A stretch of DNA of 64,000 bases from the NCBI GenBank assembly GCA_963727485.1, contig CAVSGM010000009.1:1-64000 (forward strand), in the 5' to 3' direction. This document shows positions 54,790 through 64,000 of this stretch, piece by piece. Both the position numbers and the translations under genes were made by a program. The notes below the pieces were generated by a model. The model had not been told where the DNA came from, did no database searches, and saw nothing but the letters and a program-made list of their open reading frames with translations. Origin of the DNA: an uncultured delta proteobacterium. Lineage in GTDB: Bacteria; Myxococcota; Myxococcia; SLRQ01. The stretch's first letter is position 1; each line of letters opens with the position of its first letter.

Positions 54790-55446
54790 CTAGCCACAGC
54801 CGGCCGCGTCCGCCGGCGGCTGCCCCTTGAAGGCGTCGTGGACGTCCTCGAAGAGCTTCATGTACCGCGTCTTGGCAAAGTCCTCGATCTGCGAGCTGCG
54901 GATGAGGTCCGCGGCGCTGCGCCGGATCTTGGCCGTGAACACCTTGGTCGTGCCCATGCAGGACCACATCGCCACCATGGTGGAGATCGGCGCCGCGTGG
55001 GCGACCGCCGCGGCCACGTAGGAGGCCTCGAAGGGCAGGCGCTCCTTCTTCCCGATCTTCCAGGAGACGTAGGCGATGACCACGCCTCCCTGGTCGACGA
55101 GCTGCACCGAGGCGACCTCGCTCCCGATGGGGGTCTTCTTCAGCGCCGCCTTCACCGCCGCGGTCTGGGCTGCGATCGCCTGGTCGGCGTCCTGCTTGCC
55201 GCGCTTGATCGCCTTCTCCAGGGTCCGCTTGGAGACCCCGAAGTTCCGGGCGATGGCGGCGAGGCGGTGCCGGGCGCGGATCTTCTTCACCCGCGGGTCC
55301 TCGAGGGCGTTCTGGTAGTCCCGGTAGAGCTTGTACTGGGACGCCGGGAGGGTCCCGGGGTCGGCGAGGGCCGGCCGGGACGGGGCCACGAAGGCGACGA
55401 GGACCCCAGCGGCGATCACGCTGAGGACATGGCGGTGGAGCAGCAT
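54790..55446 (-). CDS. Secreted hypothetical protein
   Basis: Signal peptide ending ALA; GC3-biased codons. Confidence 0.75.
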   Translation of the reverse strand: MLLHRHVLSVIAAGVLVAFVAPSRPALADPGTLPASQYKLYRDYQNALEDPRVKKIRARHRLAAIARNFGVSKRTLEKAIKRGKQDADQAIAAQTAAVKAALKKTPIGSEVASVQLVDQGGVVIAYVSWKIGKKERLPFEASYVAAAVAHAAPISTMVAMWSCMGTTKVFTAKIRRSAADLIRSSQIEDFAKTRYMKLFEDVHDAFKGQPPADAAGCG

Positions 55447-55487
55447 GGACGACCCCTGGATGCACGGTTCATGGTGCCGGAATCACG

Positions 55488-55517
55488 AATCTATCGTCGC
55501 GGTCCGGGGAGGGTCAA
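55488..55517 (-). promoter_or_regulatory. Candidate sigma70 promoter
   Basis: TTGACC-N18-TAGATT on the - strand. Confidence 0.45.
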
Positions 55518-55753
55518 TGCACCCTCTTCGCCCTTTCGTCCCCCAGGTCCCGGCGCCGGTGCAAAGCCCCCCAGGCGGGCGCCTCTCTAGGGAGAAGCCG
55601 GTTCTTGTGGCCCGCCACGCCGTTTCCGTACGGTGATCGGAGCGGCTGGGGTCGGGCCGGCGCCCCGGGGGCGTCCAGGAGATCGATCGTGCTTGGGTCC
55701 GGGAGTGACATTTGCGGGCGCGTCGCCCGCCAGAGGCGGCCGGTGGGCTGACG

Positions 55754-56017
55754 GTGGGCCTCGTCAACCGATCGCCCCCCGAGGGCGTCGTCCTCGGCCC
55801 CCTGTCCCAGCAGGTCTTCGACGTCCTGGCCGAGAGCGCCTCCTTCCCCTGGGCGATCCTGATGGTGCAGTGCAAGCGGGCCGGCCTCGACCCCGAGAAC
55901 CTGGGGCACGGCGACCTGCCGGCCCTCATCGCCCCCCTCGCCGACGCCGTGGGTCGCTTCACCTCCCCCGAGGAGGAGGCGTCGGTCCGCGCCCGCCTCG
56001 AGACCCTGACCGGGTGA
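55754..56017 (+). CDS. Small helical hypothetical protein (start uncertain)
   Basis: GC3-biased codons and amphipathic helices. Confidence 0.6.
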   Translation: MGLVNRSPPEGVVLGPLSQQVFDVLAESASFPWAILMVQCKRAGLDPENLGHGDLPALIAPLADAVGRFTSPEEEASVRARLETLTG

Positions 56018-56042
56018 CCGCCGCGTGTGGTACCTAGTCGCC

Positions 56043-56765
56043 ATGCGACGCCCGAGCTTGGCCCTCCTCGCCGTCCCGGCGCTCCTCCTCGCCGGCTGCC
56101 CCAGCTACACCCACCTCCCCGACGTCGAGCAGGGCCTGGTGAACAAGACCGTCACCGGCCAGGCCCGGCAGCTCGCCGTGAGCATGTACGTGGGCCCCTT
56201 CTTCCGGGACGACAACTACCGGCTCCTCGAGGACCAGCCCCCGGCGTCGGTGGATCTCCTCCGGGGGCCCGGGGGCGAGCGGATGCTGCCGGGGGCGCCC
56301 ACGGGCATCCTCCCGGCGGGCACCCGGGTGGTGATCCGGGACGTCCAGTTCCCCACCGCCGAGGCGGCCACCAGCCGGGCCCTGCTCACCCCCCGTTACT
56401 TCACCTGGGTCGTCCTGCGCCACGAGGGCTCGCCGAAGCCCCTGGTGATCGTGATCCGGGACGATCCGACGACGCACCAGGCGTTCCTCGCGCTCCTCGG
56501 GCGCTACCTCACCACCGAGGACGTCGCCGCCAAGGTCGCCGGCTTCCCCGCGGACGTCCAGGCCGCCATCGCCAAGAAGCAGATGCGCCAGGGGCTCACC
56601 GCCGAGCAGGCGCGGATGACCTGGGGCCTGCCGATGCAGATCCGCCGCGACCGGGTGGGCCAGCGGGTCACCGAGACCTGGACCTACGAGGGCGGGCGGA
56701 CGGTGACCCTGAAGGACGGAAAGGTGACCGCCTTCGCCGCCGCCGCCACGCCCCTGAAGCGCTAG
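56043..56765 (+). CDS. Lipoprotein with BamE/SmpA-like C-terminal motif
   Basis: Lipobox LAGC; GLTAEQARMTWGLP..ETWTY motif. Confidence 0.75.
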   Translation: MRRPSLALLAVPALLLAGCPSYTHLPDVEQGLVNKTVTGQARQLAVSMYVGPFFRDDNYRLLEDQPPASVDLLRGPGGERMLPGAPTGILPAGTRVVIRDVQFPTAEAATSRALLTPRYFTWVVLRHEGSPKPLVIVIRDDPTTHQAFLALLGRYLTTEDVAAKVAGFPADVQAAIAKKQMRQGLTAEQARMTWGLPMQIRRDRVGQRVTETWTYEGGRTVTLKDGKVTAFAAAATPLKR

Positions 56766-57292
56766 AAGTCCCAGTTGGCGAAGAGCTGCTCGCGGAAGCT
56801 CGCCAGCTCCTCGAGGCGCCGGCCGTCGCTGGTCTGGCTGAGCAGGTCGAGGACCTTCACGTTCATCCGGTGGAGACGGTGGTTCTCCACCCGGGCGATG
56901 GCGATGGCGATCTTCGCCGCCACCCGGGGGTGGGCGTCGATGAGCCGGGTGAAGGCGTCGCCGCGGATCAGGAGGTAGCGCGCCGGCCGGGTCACCCGCA
57001 CCGTGGCCGAGGCCCCGTGGATCCCGGTGATCCCACTCTCGCCGAGGGTGGCGCCGGCGCCGAGGACCGCCAGCTGGTGCATCTGCCCGTCGTCGCCGCG
57101 CTTGACCACCTCGACCTCGCCGTCGGCCAGCACCAGGAGGCCCGGCGCCGGCTGGCCCTCGGAGAGGATCAGCGTCCCCGCCCCGGCCTCCTCGACCTCG
57201 GCGAAGCTCACCAGGGCGTGGATCTCCTCGCCGGTGAGCTCGCGCCCGAAGGGCGCCTGGGCCACCAGGCTGCGCAGCTGCTCGTCGGTCAT
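56762..57292 (-). CDS. Stand-alone cyclic-nucleotide-binding domain protein
   Basis: ILSEGQ..GEVEV..LGAGATLGE..SATVR pattern; no HTH. Confidence 0.85.
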   Translation of the reverse strand: MTDEQLRSLVAQAPFGRELTGEEIHALVSFAEVEEAGAGTLILSEGQPAPGLLVLADGEVEVVKRGDDGQMHQLAVLGAGATLGESGITGIHGASATVRVTRPARYLLIRGDAFTRLIDAHPRVAAKIAIAIARVENHRLHRMNVKVLDLLSQTSDGRRLEELASFREQLFANWDF

Positions 57293-57333
57293 GTGTGCCT
57301 CCCCGTTCAGGTCCCGCGGCGGTGACGCGGGCG

Positions 57334-58563
57334 TCAGATGCCCCGGAGCACCGTGGCCTTGCCCACCCGCCCGATGGCCAGGACGAAGGCCGCGGTGCGC
57401 AGGGCGATCTTCTTGGTGGCGCGGATCTCCCGGAGCGTGGCGTAGGCCTCGGTCATGTGGCGCTCGAGCTCGGCCTCGACCTTGTCGGCGGTCCACTTGA
57501 ACTGCTGGATGTTCTGGACCCACTCGAAGTAGCTCACCGTGACCCCGCCGGCGTTGGCGAGGATGTCCGGGACCACCTCGATGCCCCGGTCCCGGAGGAT
57601 GCGGTCCGCCTCGGGGGTGGTGGGGCCGTTGGCGGCCTCGACCACCAGCTTCGCCTGGACCTCCCCGGCGTTGTCGGCGTCGAGGACCCCGCCGAGGGCC
57701 GCCGGGACCAGGACGTCCACCGGGAGCAGGAGCAGGGCGTCGTTGTCCACCGGGTCGACGCCGGGGAAGTCGATGACCGAGCCGGTCTGCTTCACGTGGT
57801 CGCCCAGCGCCGGGATGTCGAGGCCCTCGGGGTTGCGGATGCCGCCGTTGACGTCGCTCACCGCCACCACCTTGCCCCCGGCCTCGTGGAGGAGGCGGGC
57901 GGTGTGGGCGCCGACGTTCCCGAAGCCCTGGATGGCGAAGGTGCTACCGCGGATCTCCTTGCCCGCGTCCTTGAGGGCCTCGCGGATGGCGAGGTTCACC
58001 CCGCGCCCGGTGGCCGCCTCGCGCCCCAGCGACCCGTAGAACTCCACGGGCTTGCCGGTGACCACCGCCGGGGTGTGGCCGTGGTACTTGGCGTACTGGT
58101 CCATGATCCAGGCCATCACCTGGCCGTTGGTGTTCACGTCGGGGGCGGGGATGTCCCGGTGGGGGCCGATGACCTCGTGGATGGCGTCGGTGAACTTCCG
58201 GGTCAGGCGCTCGAGCTCGCCCCGGGAGAGCTGGCGCGGGTCCACGGTGATGCCCCCCTTGGCGCCGCCGAAGGGGAGGTTCACCACCGCGGTCTTCCAG
58301 GTCATCAGCGACGCCAGCGACCGCACCTCGTCGTCGCCGACCTCCGGGTGGAAGCGCAGGCCGCCCTTCATGGGGCCCCGGGCGTTGTCGTGCTGCACCC
58401 GGTAGCCGATGTGGGTCGCCACGGTGCCGTCGTCGCGCTCGATGGCCACCTGCACCCGGACCTCGCGCAGGGGGGTCACCAGGAGCCGCTCGATGTGCGG
58501 CGACAGGTCCATGAGCCGCGCCGCCTCGTCGAAGTACGCCTTCGTCCCCTCGAATGCGTTCAT
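57334..58563 (-). CDS. gdhA: Glu/Leu/Phe/Val dehydrogenase (glutamate dehydrogenase)
   Basis: [33 protein letters not shown] and [13 protein letters not shown] motifs. Confidence 0.95.
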   Translation of the reverse strand: MNAFEGTKAYFDEAARLMDLSPHIERLLVTPLREVRVQVAIERDDGTVATHIGYRVQHDNARGPMKGGLRFHPEVGDDEVRSLASLMTWKTAVVNLPFGGAKGGITVDPRQLSRGELERLTRKFTDAIHEVIGPHRDIPAPDVNTNGQVMAWIMDQYAKYHGHTPAVVTGKPVEFYGSLGREAATGRGVNLAIREALKDAGKEIRGSTFAIQGFGNVGAHTARLLHEAGGKVVAVSDVNGGIRNPEGLDIPALGDHVKQTGSVIDFPGVDPVDNDALLLLPVDVLVPAALGGVLDADNAGEVQAKLVVEAANGPTTPEADRILRDRGIEVVPDILANAGGVTVSYFEWVQNIQQFKWTADKVEAELERHMTEAYATLREIRATKKIALRTAAFVLAIGRVGKATVLRGI

Positions 58564-58604
58564 GCTCCCCTCCAGACCGCTTCGGACGCTATCATGCAGG
58601 CGCC

Positions 58605-59096
58605 ATGAGCACCACGCACCCCCCCGGGCAGGAGCCCCCGGTCGAGCTCCAGGAGATCGAGCGCAGCGAGGGCACGATGGTCGACGACCTCGACTTCCCC
58701 GAAGAGCGCCGGGGGCTGCGCGCCTGGCTCCCCTGGATCATCGGGGTCGTGGTCTTCGTCGCCACCATCGCCGTCCTCTACGGCCTCGAGGGCGGCATCA
58801 ACCACTTCGTCCACGGCTTCCGGGCCAAGGAGCGCGCCGCCGAGCAGGGCCGGATCGTCTACGAGGCCGGCTCCAAGGACGTGGTCCCGAACGTGGTCTT
58901 CATCGACTCCCACCCGCCCAACGCCATCGTCCGGGTGAACGGGCAGAAGCTCGGCCGCACGCCCCTCATCGTCCAGCGCCACCTCGAGGGAGACACGGCG
59001 CGGGTGCAGCTCGACGCCGACGGGCGGCAGAGCTGGAGCAAGGACGTGCCGGTGATCGACGGCGGGATCCACGTGGAGGCGAAGCTGAAGAAGTAG
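58605..59096 (+). CDS. Single-TM PEGA domain protein
   Basis: TM helix followed by [19 protein letters not shown]. Confidence 0.8.
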   Translation: MSTTHPPGQEPPVELQEIERSEGTMVDDLDFPEERRGLRAWLPWIIGVVVFVATIAVLYGLEGGINHFVHGFRAKERAAEQGRIVYEAGSKDVVPNVVFIDSHPPNAIVRVNGQKLGRTPLIVQRHLEGDTARVQLDADGRQSWSKDVPVIDGGIHVEAKLKK

Positions 59097-59106
59097 GGGC
59101 CCGGCG

Positions 59107-59370
59107 TCAGGCCTCGGCCTCGGGGGGCGACGCGCTCGCCGGGGCCTGCTCGGCGGCGCGGATGAGGTAGCCGAGCATCATCAGGGTCGAGGCCGCTTGC
59201 TCCGGGGCCGCGGCCTGGTTCTGGATCACCCCGCCGGCGTAGCTGGCGAAGAACGCCGAGAGGGCCTCGCCGGCCTCCTCGCGGATGAGGGACTCGAGAT
59301 CTCCGGGCGCCATGTCCTGGAGCGAGGTGATGAAGCGGATGGCGTTCTCGCGCTTGGGGTCTTCGTCCAT
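59107..59370 (-). CDS. Small hypothetical protein
   Basis: GC3 bias; LMMLGYLIR motif reminiscent of DUF760 (unverified). Confidence 0.65.
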   Translation of the reverse strand: MDEDPKRENAIRFITSLQDMAPGDLESLIREEAGEALSAFFASYAGGVIQNQAAAPEQAASTLMMLGYLIRAAEQAPASASPPEAEA

Positions 59371-59423
59371 GGCGGGGACCCTATCAACGCCGCGCCACCT
59401 GGGCGACACCCCCCGGCACCCGC

Positions 59424-59452
59424 TTGACCGGGGAAACCGCCGTTGGTAGCGT
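59424..59452 (+). promoter_or_regulatory. Candidate sigma70 promoter of the four-gene membrane operon
   Basis: TTGACC-N17-TAGCGT with an extended -10 TG. Confidence 0.55.
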
Positions 59453-59477
59453 CGCGCCGCCTCTTCGTGAGCGCATC

Positions 59478-60695
59478 ATGCCGGGAAAACTCGTGGAATC
59501 CCTGAAGACCCTCGGGGTCCTCGCGGTCATCGCGACGGCGGCCGCCGCCGCCTCGCCGGCGCGCGCGCAGGCACCGGCCCCCAAGGCCGCCGCGCCGGCC
59601 GCGCCCACGGCCGCCGTCGACGCCCCCGCCGCCCCCGCCGGCGTCGCCGTCCGCGACAAGCCCAACGACGACGGCCGGGCGCTGCTGGTGAGCTGGGAGA
59701 GTGTCCCCGGCGCCACCGCCTACGTCATCGAGCGGGCCGCCGCCGCCACCGGCCCCTGGAAGCAGGTCAAGCAGGTCTCGGCGAGCGCCACCGGCTTCGA
59801 GGACGCCTTCGAGCAGGCGGGCAACCAGGGCTGGTACTACCGGGTCGCCGCCCTGGGCCCCAAGGGCCCCGGCGCCTGGTCCACCGTCGCCGGCCCGGTG
59901 CAGGCCACCCAGTCGATCTTCGACACCGGGACCACCATGCTCCTGGTGTTCATCGCGGTGTTCGCGGCGCTGATGGGCTACTTCCTCAACCAGGCCAAGC
60001 GGAACCCCGAGGGCCTCTACATCCGCCGCATCCCCGGCATCGACGCCATCGAGGAGGCCATCGGCCGCGCCACCGAGATGGGCCGCCCGGTCCTCTATGT
60101 CCCCGGCATCGAGGACATGACCGACGTCCAGACCATCGCCTCCATGCTCATCCTGGGCAAGGTGGCGGAGACGGTGGCCCGGTACAACTCGGAGATCATC
60201 GTCGCCAACCGGGTGCCCTTCGTGATGACGGTCGCCGAAGAGGTGGTGAAGCAGGGCTTCTACAACGCCGGCCGCCCCGAGGCCCACAAGCCCGAGAACA
60301 TCCGCTTCCTCTCCGACGAGCAGTTCGCGTTCACCGCCGGCACCAACGGCATCATGATGCGCGAGAAGCCGGCGACCAACCTCTTCCTCGGCCGGTTCTT
60401 CGCCGAGTCGCTGATCCTCGCGGAGACGGGGTTCAAGGCCAAGGCGATCCAGGTCGCGGGCACCGCCGAGGTGACCCAGCTGCCCTTCTTCATCGCCGCC
60501 TGCGACTACACGCTCATCGGTGAGGAGCTCTTCGCCGCCAGCGCCTATCTCTCGCGGGAGCCCCTGATCCTGTCCACCCTCAAGGCGGCGGACTGGTTCA
60601 AGGTGGGCCTGGTGGTGGCGATCGTCCTCGGCACCATCCTCGAGACCGCGGGCATCCACGGCTTCCGCCACGCCTTCATGCTGGGCAGCGAGTAG
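59478..60695 (+). CDS. FN3-domain plus DUF6754-like membrane protein
   Basis: Signal peptide, FN3 pattern (LVSW..Y.IER..YYRVAA), TM helix, IRRIPGIDAIEEAIGRATEMGRP and ACDYTLIGEELFAASAYL motifs. Confidence 0.85.
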   Translation: MPGKLVESLKTLGVLAVIATAAAAASPARAQAPAPKAAAPAAPTAAVDAPAAPAGVAVRDKPNDDGRALLVSWESVPGATAYVIERAAAATGPWKQVKQVSASATGFEDAFEQAGNQGWYYRVAALGPKGPGAWSTVAGPVQATQSIFDTGTTMLLVFIAVFAALMGYFLNQAKRNPEGLYIRRIPGIDAIEEAIGRATEMGRPVLYVPGIEDMTDVQTIASMLILGKVAETVARYNSEIIVANRVPFVMTVAEEVVKQGFYNAGRPEAHKPENIRFLSDEQFAFTAGTNGIMMREKPATNLFLGRFFAESLILAETGFKAKAIQVAGTAEVTQLPFFIAACDYTLIGEELFAASAYLSREPLILSTLKAADWFKVGLVVAIVLGTILETAGIHGFRHAFMLGSE

Positions 60696-60698
60696 GTG

Positions 60699-61358
60699 AT
60701 GAAGAAGACCGCCCCCCTCATCATCACCTTCCTGCTCGGGACCTTCATGATCCTCGAGCGGCTCACGCCCCTGCGGGCGGTGGGCGACGCCAAGAACCAC
60801 ATCTACAACGTGGGCATGTCGATCATGGCCGCGACCTACCTCCTCGGTCTCGGCAACCTGGTCGCGGTCAACGTCCCCATCATCCGCCGTCGCCAGGAGG
60901 ACTGGCCGTACAAGATCGTCCTGCTCTTCGGCACCGCGGTGATGCTGGTCCTGGGCTTCGGGTGGGGCATCCAGCCGGGCACGCCCTACTACTGGATGTT
61001 CGACAACGTCTACGTGCCCCTGCAGGCGACGATGTTCGCGCTCTTGGCGTTCTTCATCGCCTCCGCCGCCTTCCGGGCGTTCCGGGCGCGGACCCCCGAG
61101 GCCGCCCTGCTCCTCGGCGCGGCGATGCTGGTGATGATCGGCCGGGTGCCGGTGGGCCAGCTCCTCTGGAACTACCTGCCCTTCCACCACATCCCCGACG
61201 GGGCCCCGGGCCACTCGCCGTTCTTCTGGTCGTGGATCATGAACGTGCCGAACCTCGCCGGGAAGCGCGCCATCCTCATCGGCGCGGCGCTGGGCGCGGT
61301 GTCCACGGGCCTCCGGGTGATCCTCGGCCTCGAGCGCAGCTACCTGGGGGGCGAGTAG
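60699..61358 (+). CDS. Uncharacterised multi-TM protein
   Basis: About 6 TM helices; FALLAFFIASAAFRAFR and LRVILGLER motifs. Confidence 0.85.
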   Translation: MKKTAPLIITFLLGTFMILERLTPLRAVGDAKNHIYNVGMSIMAATYLLGLGNLVAVNVPIIRRRQEDWPYKIVLLFGTAVMLVLGFGWGIQPGTPYYWMFDNVYVPLQATMFALLAFFIASAAFRAFRARTPEAALLLGAAMLVMIGRVPVGQLLWNYLPFHHIPDGAPGHSPFFWSWIMNVPNLAGKRAILIGAALGAVSTGLRVILGLERSYLGGE

Positions 61359-61359
61359 C

Positions 61360-62202
61360 ATGTGGCGCCGCTTCCTGGAGTCGGTGGGCAACCTCGACCG
61401 GCGGGTGGTGTTCCTGCTCATGGGCCTCGCCATCGTCATCCCGGTGATCCGGCCGCTGGGCCTGCCGTTCAAGGTCTCGGACAACGTCCGGCACATCTAC
61501 CAGGCGGTGAACCAGCTCCAGCCCGGTGACCACGTGCTGGTGGCCGCGGACTTCGACCCGGGCTCGATGCCCGAGGTCTACCCGTTCCTCCTGGCGGTCT
61601 ACCGGCAGATCTTCGCCAAGAAGGACGTGAAGGTCATCACCAGCTCCCTGTGGCCCGCGGGGCCGCCGCTGGCCGACGCCGCGCTGAACGCGGTGGCGGT
61701 GAAGATGTTCCACAAGAAGTACGGCACCGACTACGTGAACCTCGGGTACAAGGACGGCCGCCAGGTGGCCATCCTCTCCATGGGCGAGAACATCCGCTCC
61801 ACCTACCCCAAGGACGAGTACGGGACGCCGGTGGACAAGCTCCCGGCGATGGACGGCATCAACGCCCTCAAGGACTTCGACCTCATCGTCAGCGTGAGCT
61901 CGGGGTCGCCGGGGACCAAGGAGTGGGTCACCCTGGTCCAGGGCCGCTACAACCTCAAGATGGTCGCCGCCTGCACCGCGGTGAGCGCCCCCGACTACAT
62001 CCCCTACGTGCAGGCGCACCAGCTCATCGGGCTCGCCGGCGGCATGGCCGGGAGCGCCGAGTACGAGAAGCTGGTGGGCTACAAGGGCATGGCCGCCGCG
62101 GGCATGGACGTGCTCTCGGTGGGCCACCTGCTCATCGTGCTCGCCATCATCCTCGGCAACGTCAGCTACTTCCTCGGCCGGCGCCGGAGCCGGAGCGCCT
62201 GA
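61360..62202 (+). CDS. Uncharacterised membrane protein with a central alpha/beta soluble domain
   Basis: N- and C-terminal TM helices; YGTDYVNLGY and GSAEYE motifs. Confidence 0.85.
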   Translation: MWRRFLESVGNLDRRVVFLLMGLAIVIPVIRPLGLPFKVSDNVRHIYQAVNQLQPGDHVLVAADFDPGSMPEVYPFLLAVYRQIFAKKDVKVITSSLWPAGPPLADAALNAVAVKMFHKKYGTDYVNLGYKDGRQVAILSMGENIRSTYPKDEYGTPVDKLPAMDGINALKDFDLIVSVSSGSPGTKEWVTLVQGRYNLKMVAACTAVSAPDYIPYVQAHQLIGLAGGMAGSAEYEKLVGYKGMAAAGMDVLSVGHLLIVLAIILGNVSYFLGRRRSRSA

Positions 62203-62963
62203 TGCACCACGCGAGCCTCGCCACCCTCATCGGGTACTGGATCTCCGCGTTCCTCACCATCGCGGTGCTGACGTTCCTCTACAAGGACAACCCCTTCTAC
62301 AAGCTCGCCGAGCACCTCTTCGTGGGCGTCGCCTCGGGCTACGGGGTGTGCCAGGAGTACTACTCCACCCTGGTGCCGAACCTCTTCCACCCCCTGGCCC
62401 ACCCGGGGAAGCTCGGCGGCTGGTGGATCATCTACGCGGCTGGGGCGCTCTTGTGCATCATGATGTTCGCCAAGTTCAGCCGGAACATGGGCTGGATGGC
62501 GCGGTGGCCGCTGGCCTTCGTGGTGGGCACCTTCGCGGGCCTCTCCATGATCCAGTACGCCCAGGGTGACCTGGTGGCCCAGGTCGAGGCCAACATGCTC
62601 CCGGTGTGGCAGCACGGGATGCACTGGTGGGTGTCGATGAACAACGCCCTGCTGGTCATCGGCCTGTGCTGCGCCCTGCTCTACTTCTTCTTCTCGCGCC
62701 CCCACACCGGGGCGCTCGGCGTCGCCAGCCGCATCGGCATCTACTTCATGATGGTGAGCTTCGGCGCCTCGTTCGGGTACACCGTCATGGGGCGGCTGTC
62801 GCTGGCCGTGGGGCGCGCCCAGGCGATGATCCTGCGCGGGCCCACGACGCCCGAGGCGCCTTGGCCGGCGGTGGTGGCCATCGTGATCATCGTCGGCGGG
62901 CTCATCATCCTCGAGCTCACGGGCAAGCTGAAGGAGCCCGGTGAGGACGACGGCGAGGCGTAG
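62202..62963 (+). CDS. Uncharacterised multi-TM protein
   Basis: LYKDNPFYKLAEHLFVG, LLYFFFS and FGASFGYTVMGR motifs; TGATG overlap with the previous gene. Confidence 0.85.
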   Translation: MHHASLATLIGYWISAFLTIAVLTFLYKDNPFYKLAEHLFVGVASGYGVCQEYYSTLVPNLFHPLAHPGKLGGWWIIYAAGALLCIMMFAKFSRNMGWMARWPLAFVVGTFAGLSMIQYAQGDLVAQVEANMLPVWQHGMHWWVSMNNALLVIGLCCALLYFFFSRPHTGALGVASRIGIYFMMVSFGASFGYTVMGRLSLAVGRAQAMILRGPTTPEAPWPAVVAIVIIVGGLIILELTGKLKEPGEDDGEA

Positions 62964-63009
62964 CTGAGGCGGGTACCTCGGGCGCGCGAAGCGGTGCCCC
63001 GGAGTCAGA

Positions 63010-64000
63010 TCACCGCGAGGGCGACAGGGTCCCCCTCGGCGCCGGAGCACCAGCTCCTCGGCAGCCCGCCTGTCGCAGGGCCAGGTACACCCGCTCGGCC
63101 GTCACGTGGGTGAGGGCGATTGCCCGGTCGTAGGCGGCGACCGCCTCCTCGCGGCGGCCGAGTCGCGCCAGCAGCTCGGCGCGGGTGGCCCAGGCTGGCT
63201 GGAACCGGCGTAGTCCCTCGGCGTGCTCGTCCAGCAGGGCCAGCCCGGCGGCGGGCCCCTCGTCCTCGGCGATGGCCGCCGCCAGGGAGGCCAGGTTCCC
63301 GTGGGACGGCGCCAGAGCCCGGAGCGCCTCGTGGAGGGACCTCACGGTGTGCCAGTCCACCGGCCGGCCGTCGACCCGCGCGCAGTGGAGCGCCTGGATC
63401 GCCGCCTCGAGCTGGAAAGAGCCGAGGGTGCCCCGGGCGTGGGCGGTGCGCAGGTGGGCGTGGGCCGCCTCGATGAGCGCCCGATCCCACCGGGACGGAT
63501 CCTGCTCGGCGAGGGGGACGAAGGTGCCGTCGGGGGCGCTGCGCGCCGGGACCCGGGCGGCGGAGAGCTGGACCAGGGCCGCGAGCCCCTGGGCCTCCGG
63601 GTCGTCCGGGACGAGGCCTGCGAGGACCTCCGCGAGGTCCAGGGCGCCAGAGGGCAACGCCCGCGGCGATGGCCCGGTAGACCAATCGATGACGTAGGCG
63701 CCGTAGACCGCCTCGAGCACGGCGTCCATGCGCGCCGGCAGCTCGGTGCGCCCCGGCACCACAAAGGGGATGCCCTCGGTCCGGATGCGCTGCTTGGCGC
63801 GCACCAACCGCGTAGCCATGGTGGCCGTCGGCACCGCGAAGGCCCGGGCGATCTCGGCGGCGGTGAAGCCGAGCACCGTGTTGAGCATCAGCGGCGCGCG
63901 GTCCCGGGGGGCGATGGCCGGGTGCGCGCAGACCAGCATCAGCTCCAGGCGCTGGTCCGGGAGCGTGTCCGGGTCCAGGGAGTCGAGGGGCGCCGCGACA
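63010..64000 (-). CDS. ECF sigma factor with DUF6596/TPR C-terminal extension (5'-partial)
   Basis: DQRLELMLVCAHPA, EIARAF..RLVRAK, LAEQDPSRWD and FQLEAAI motifs; TPR-like tail. Confidence 0.88.
   Translation of the reverse strand, partial: VAAPLDSLDPDTLPDQRLELMLVCAHPAIAPRDRAPLMLNTVLGFTAAEIARAFAVPTATMATRLVRAKQRIRTEGIPFVVPGRTELPARMDAVLEAVYGAYVIDWSTGPSPRALPSGALDLAEVLAGLVPDDPEAQGLAALVQLSAARVPARSAPDGTFVPLAEQDPSRWDRALIEAAHAHLRTAHARGTLGSFQLEAAIQALHCARVDGRPVDWHTVRSLHEALRALAPSHGNLASLAAAIAEDEGPAAGLALLDEHAEGLRRFQPAWATRAELLARLGRREEAVAAYDRAIALTHVTAERVYLALRQAGCRGAGAPAPRGTLSPSR

Overview
Very GC-rich bacterial chromosomal window, most consistent with a myxobacterium or related deltaproteobacterium. The signs are DAG/DGG-linker lipoproteins, a PEGA Ser/Thr kinase, sigma54 regulation and a monomeric IDH; the taxonomy is inference. 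Left to right: an IS66 element abutting a Crp/Fnr gene; an FNR-box-led fmdE/tauE/outer-membrane-barrel module; fatty-acyl and housekeeping genes; an RDD-SpoIIM fusion; a ClC channel; tRNA-Lys and tRNA-Glu; icd; several Cys-rich and Ig-repeat lipoproteins; an ECF sigma / ZAS anti-sigma / caspase-barrel / lipoprotein operon; a His-rich sensor kinase with a sigma54 activator and a Cus-type RND system whose CusA carries an EF-hand insertion; a TusA/PP-loop sulfur cluster; two tandem triple-DsbA paralogs; a kinase; a glutamate dehydrogenase; an uncharacterised four-gene membrane operon (FN3/DUF6754-like); and a partial ECF sigma. Many genes carry single-base frameshifts that look like long-read assembly errors. 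No CRISPR, rRNA or prophage was seen. Family names come from motif recognition, not database searches.
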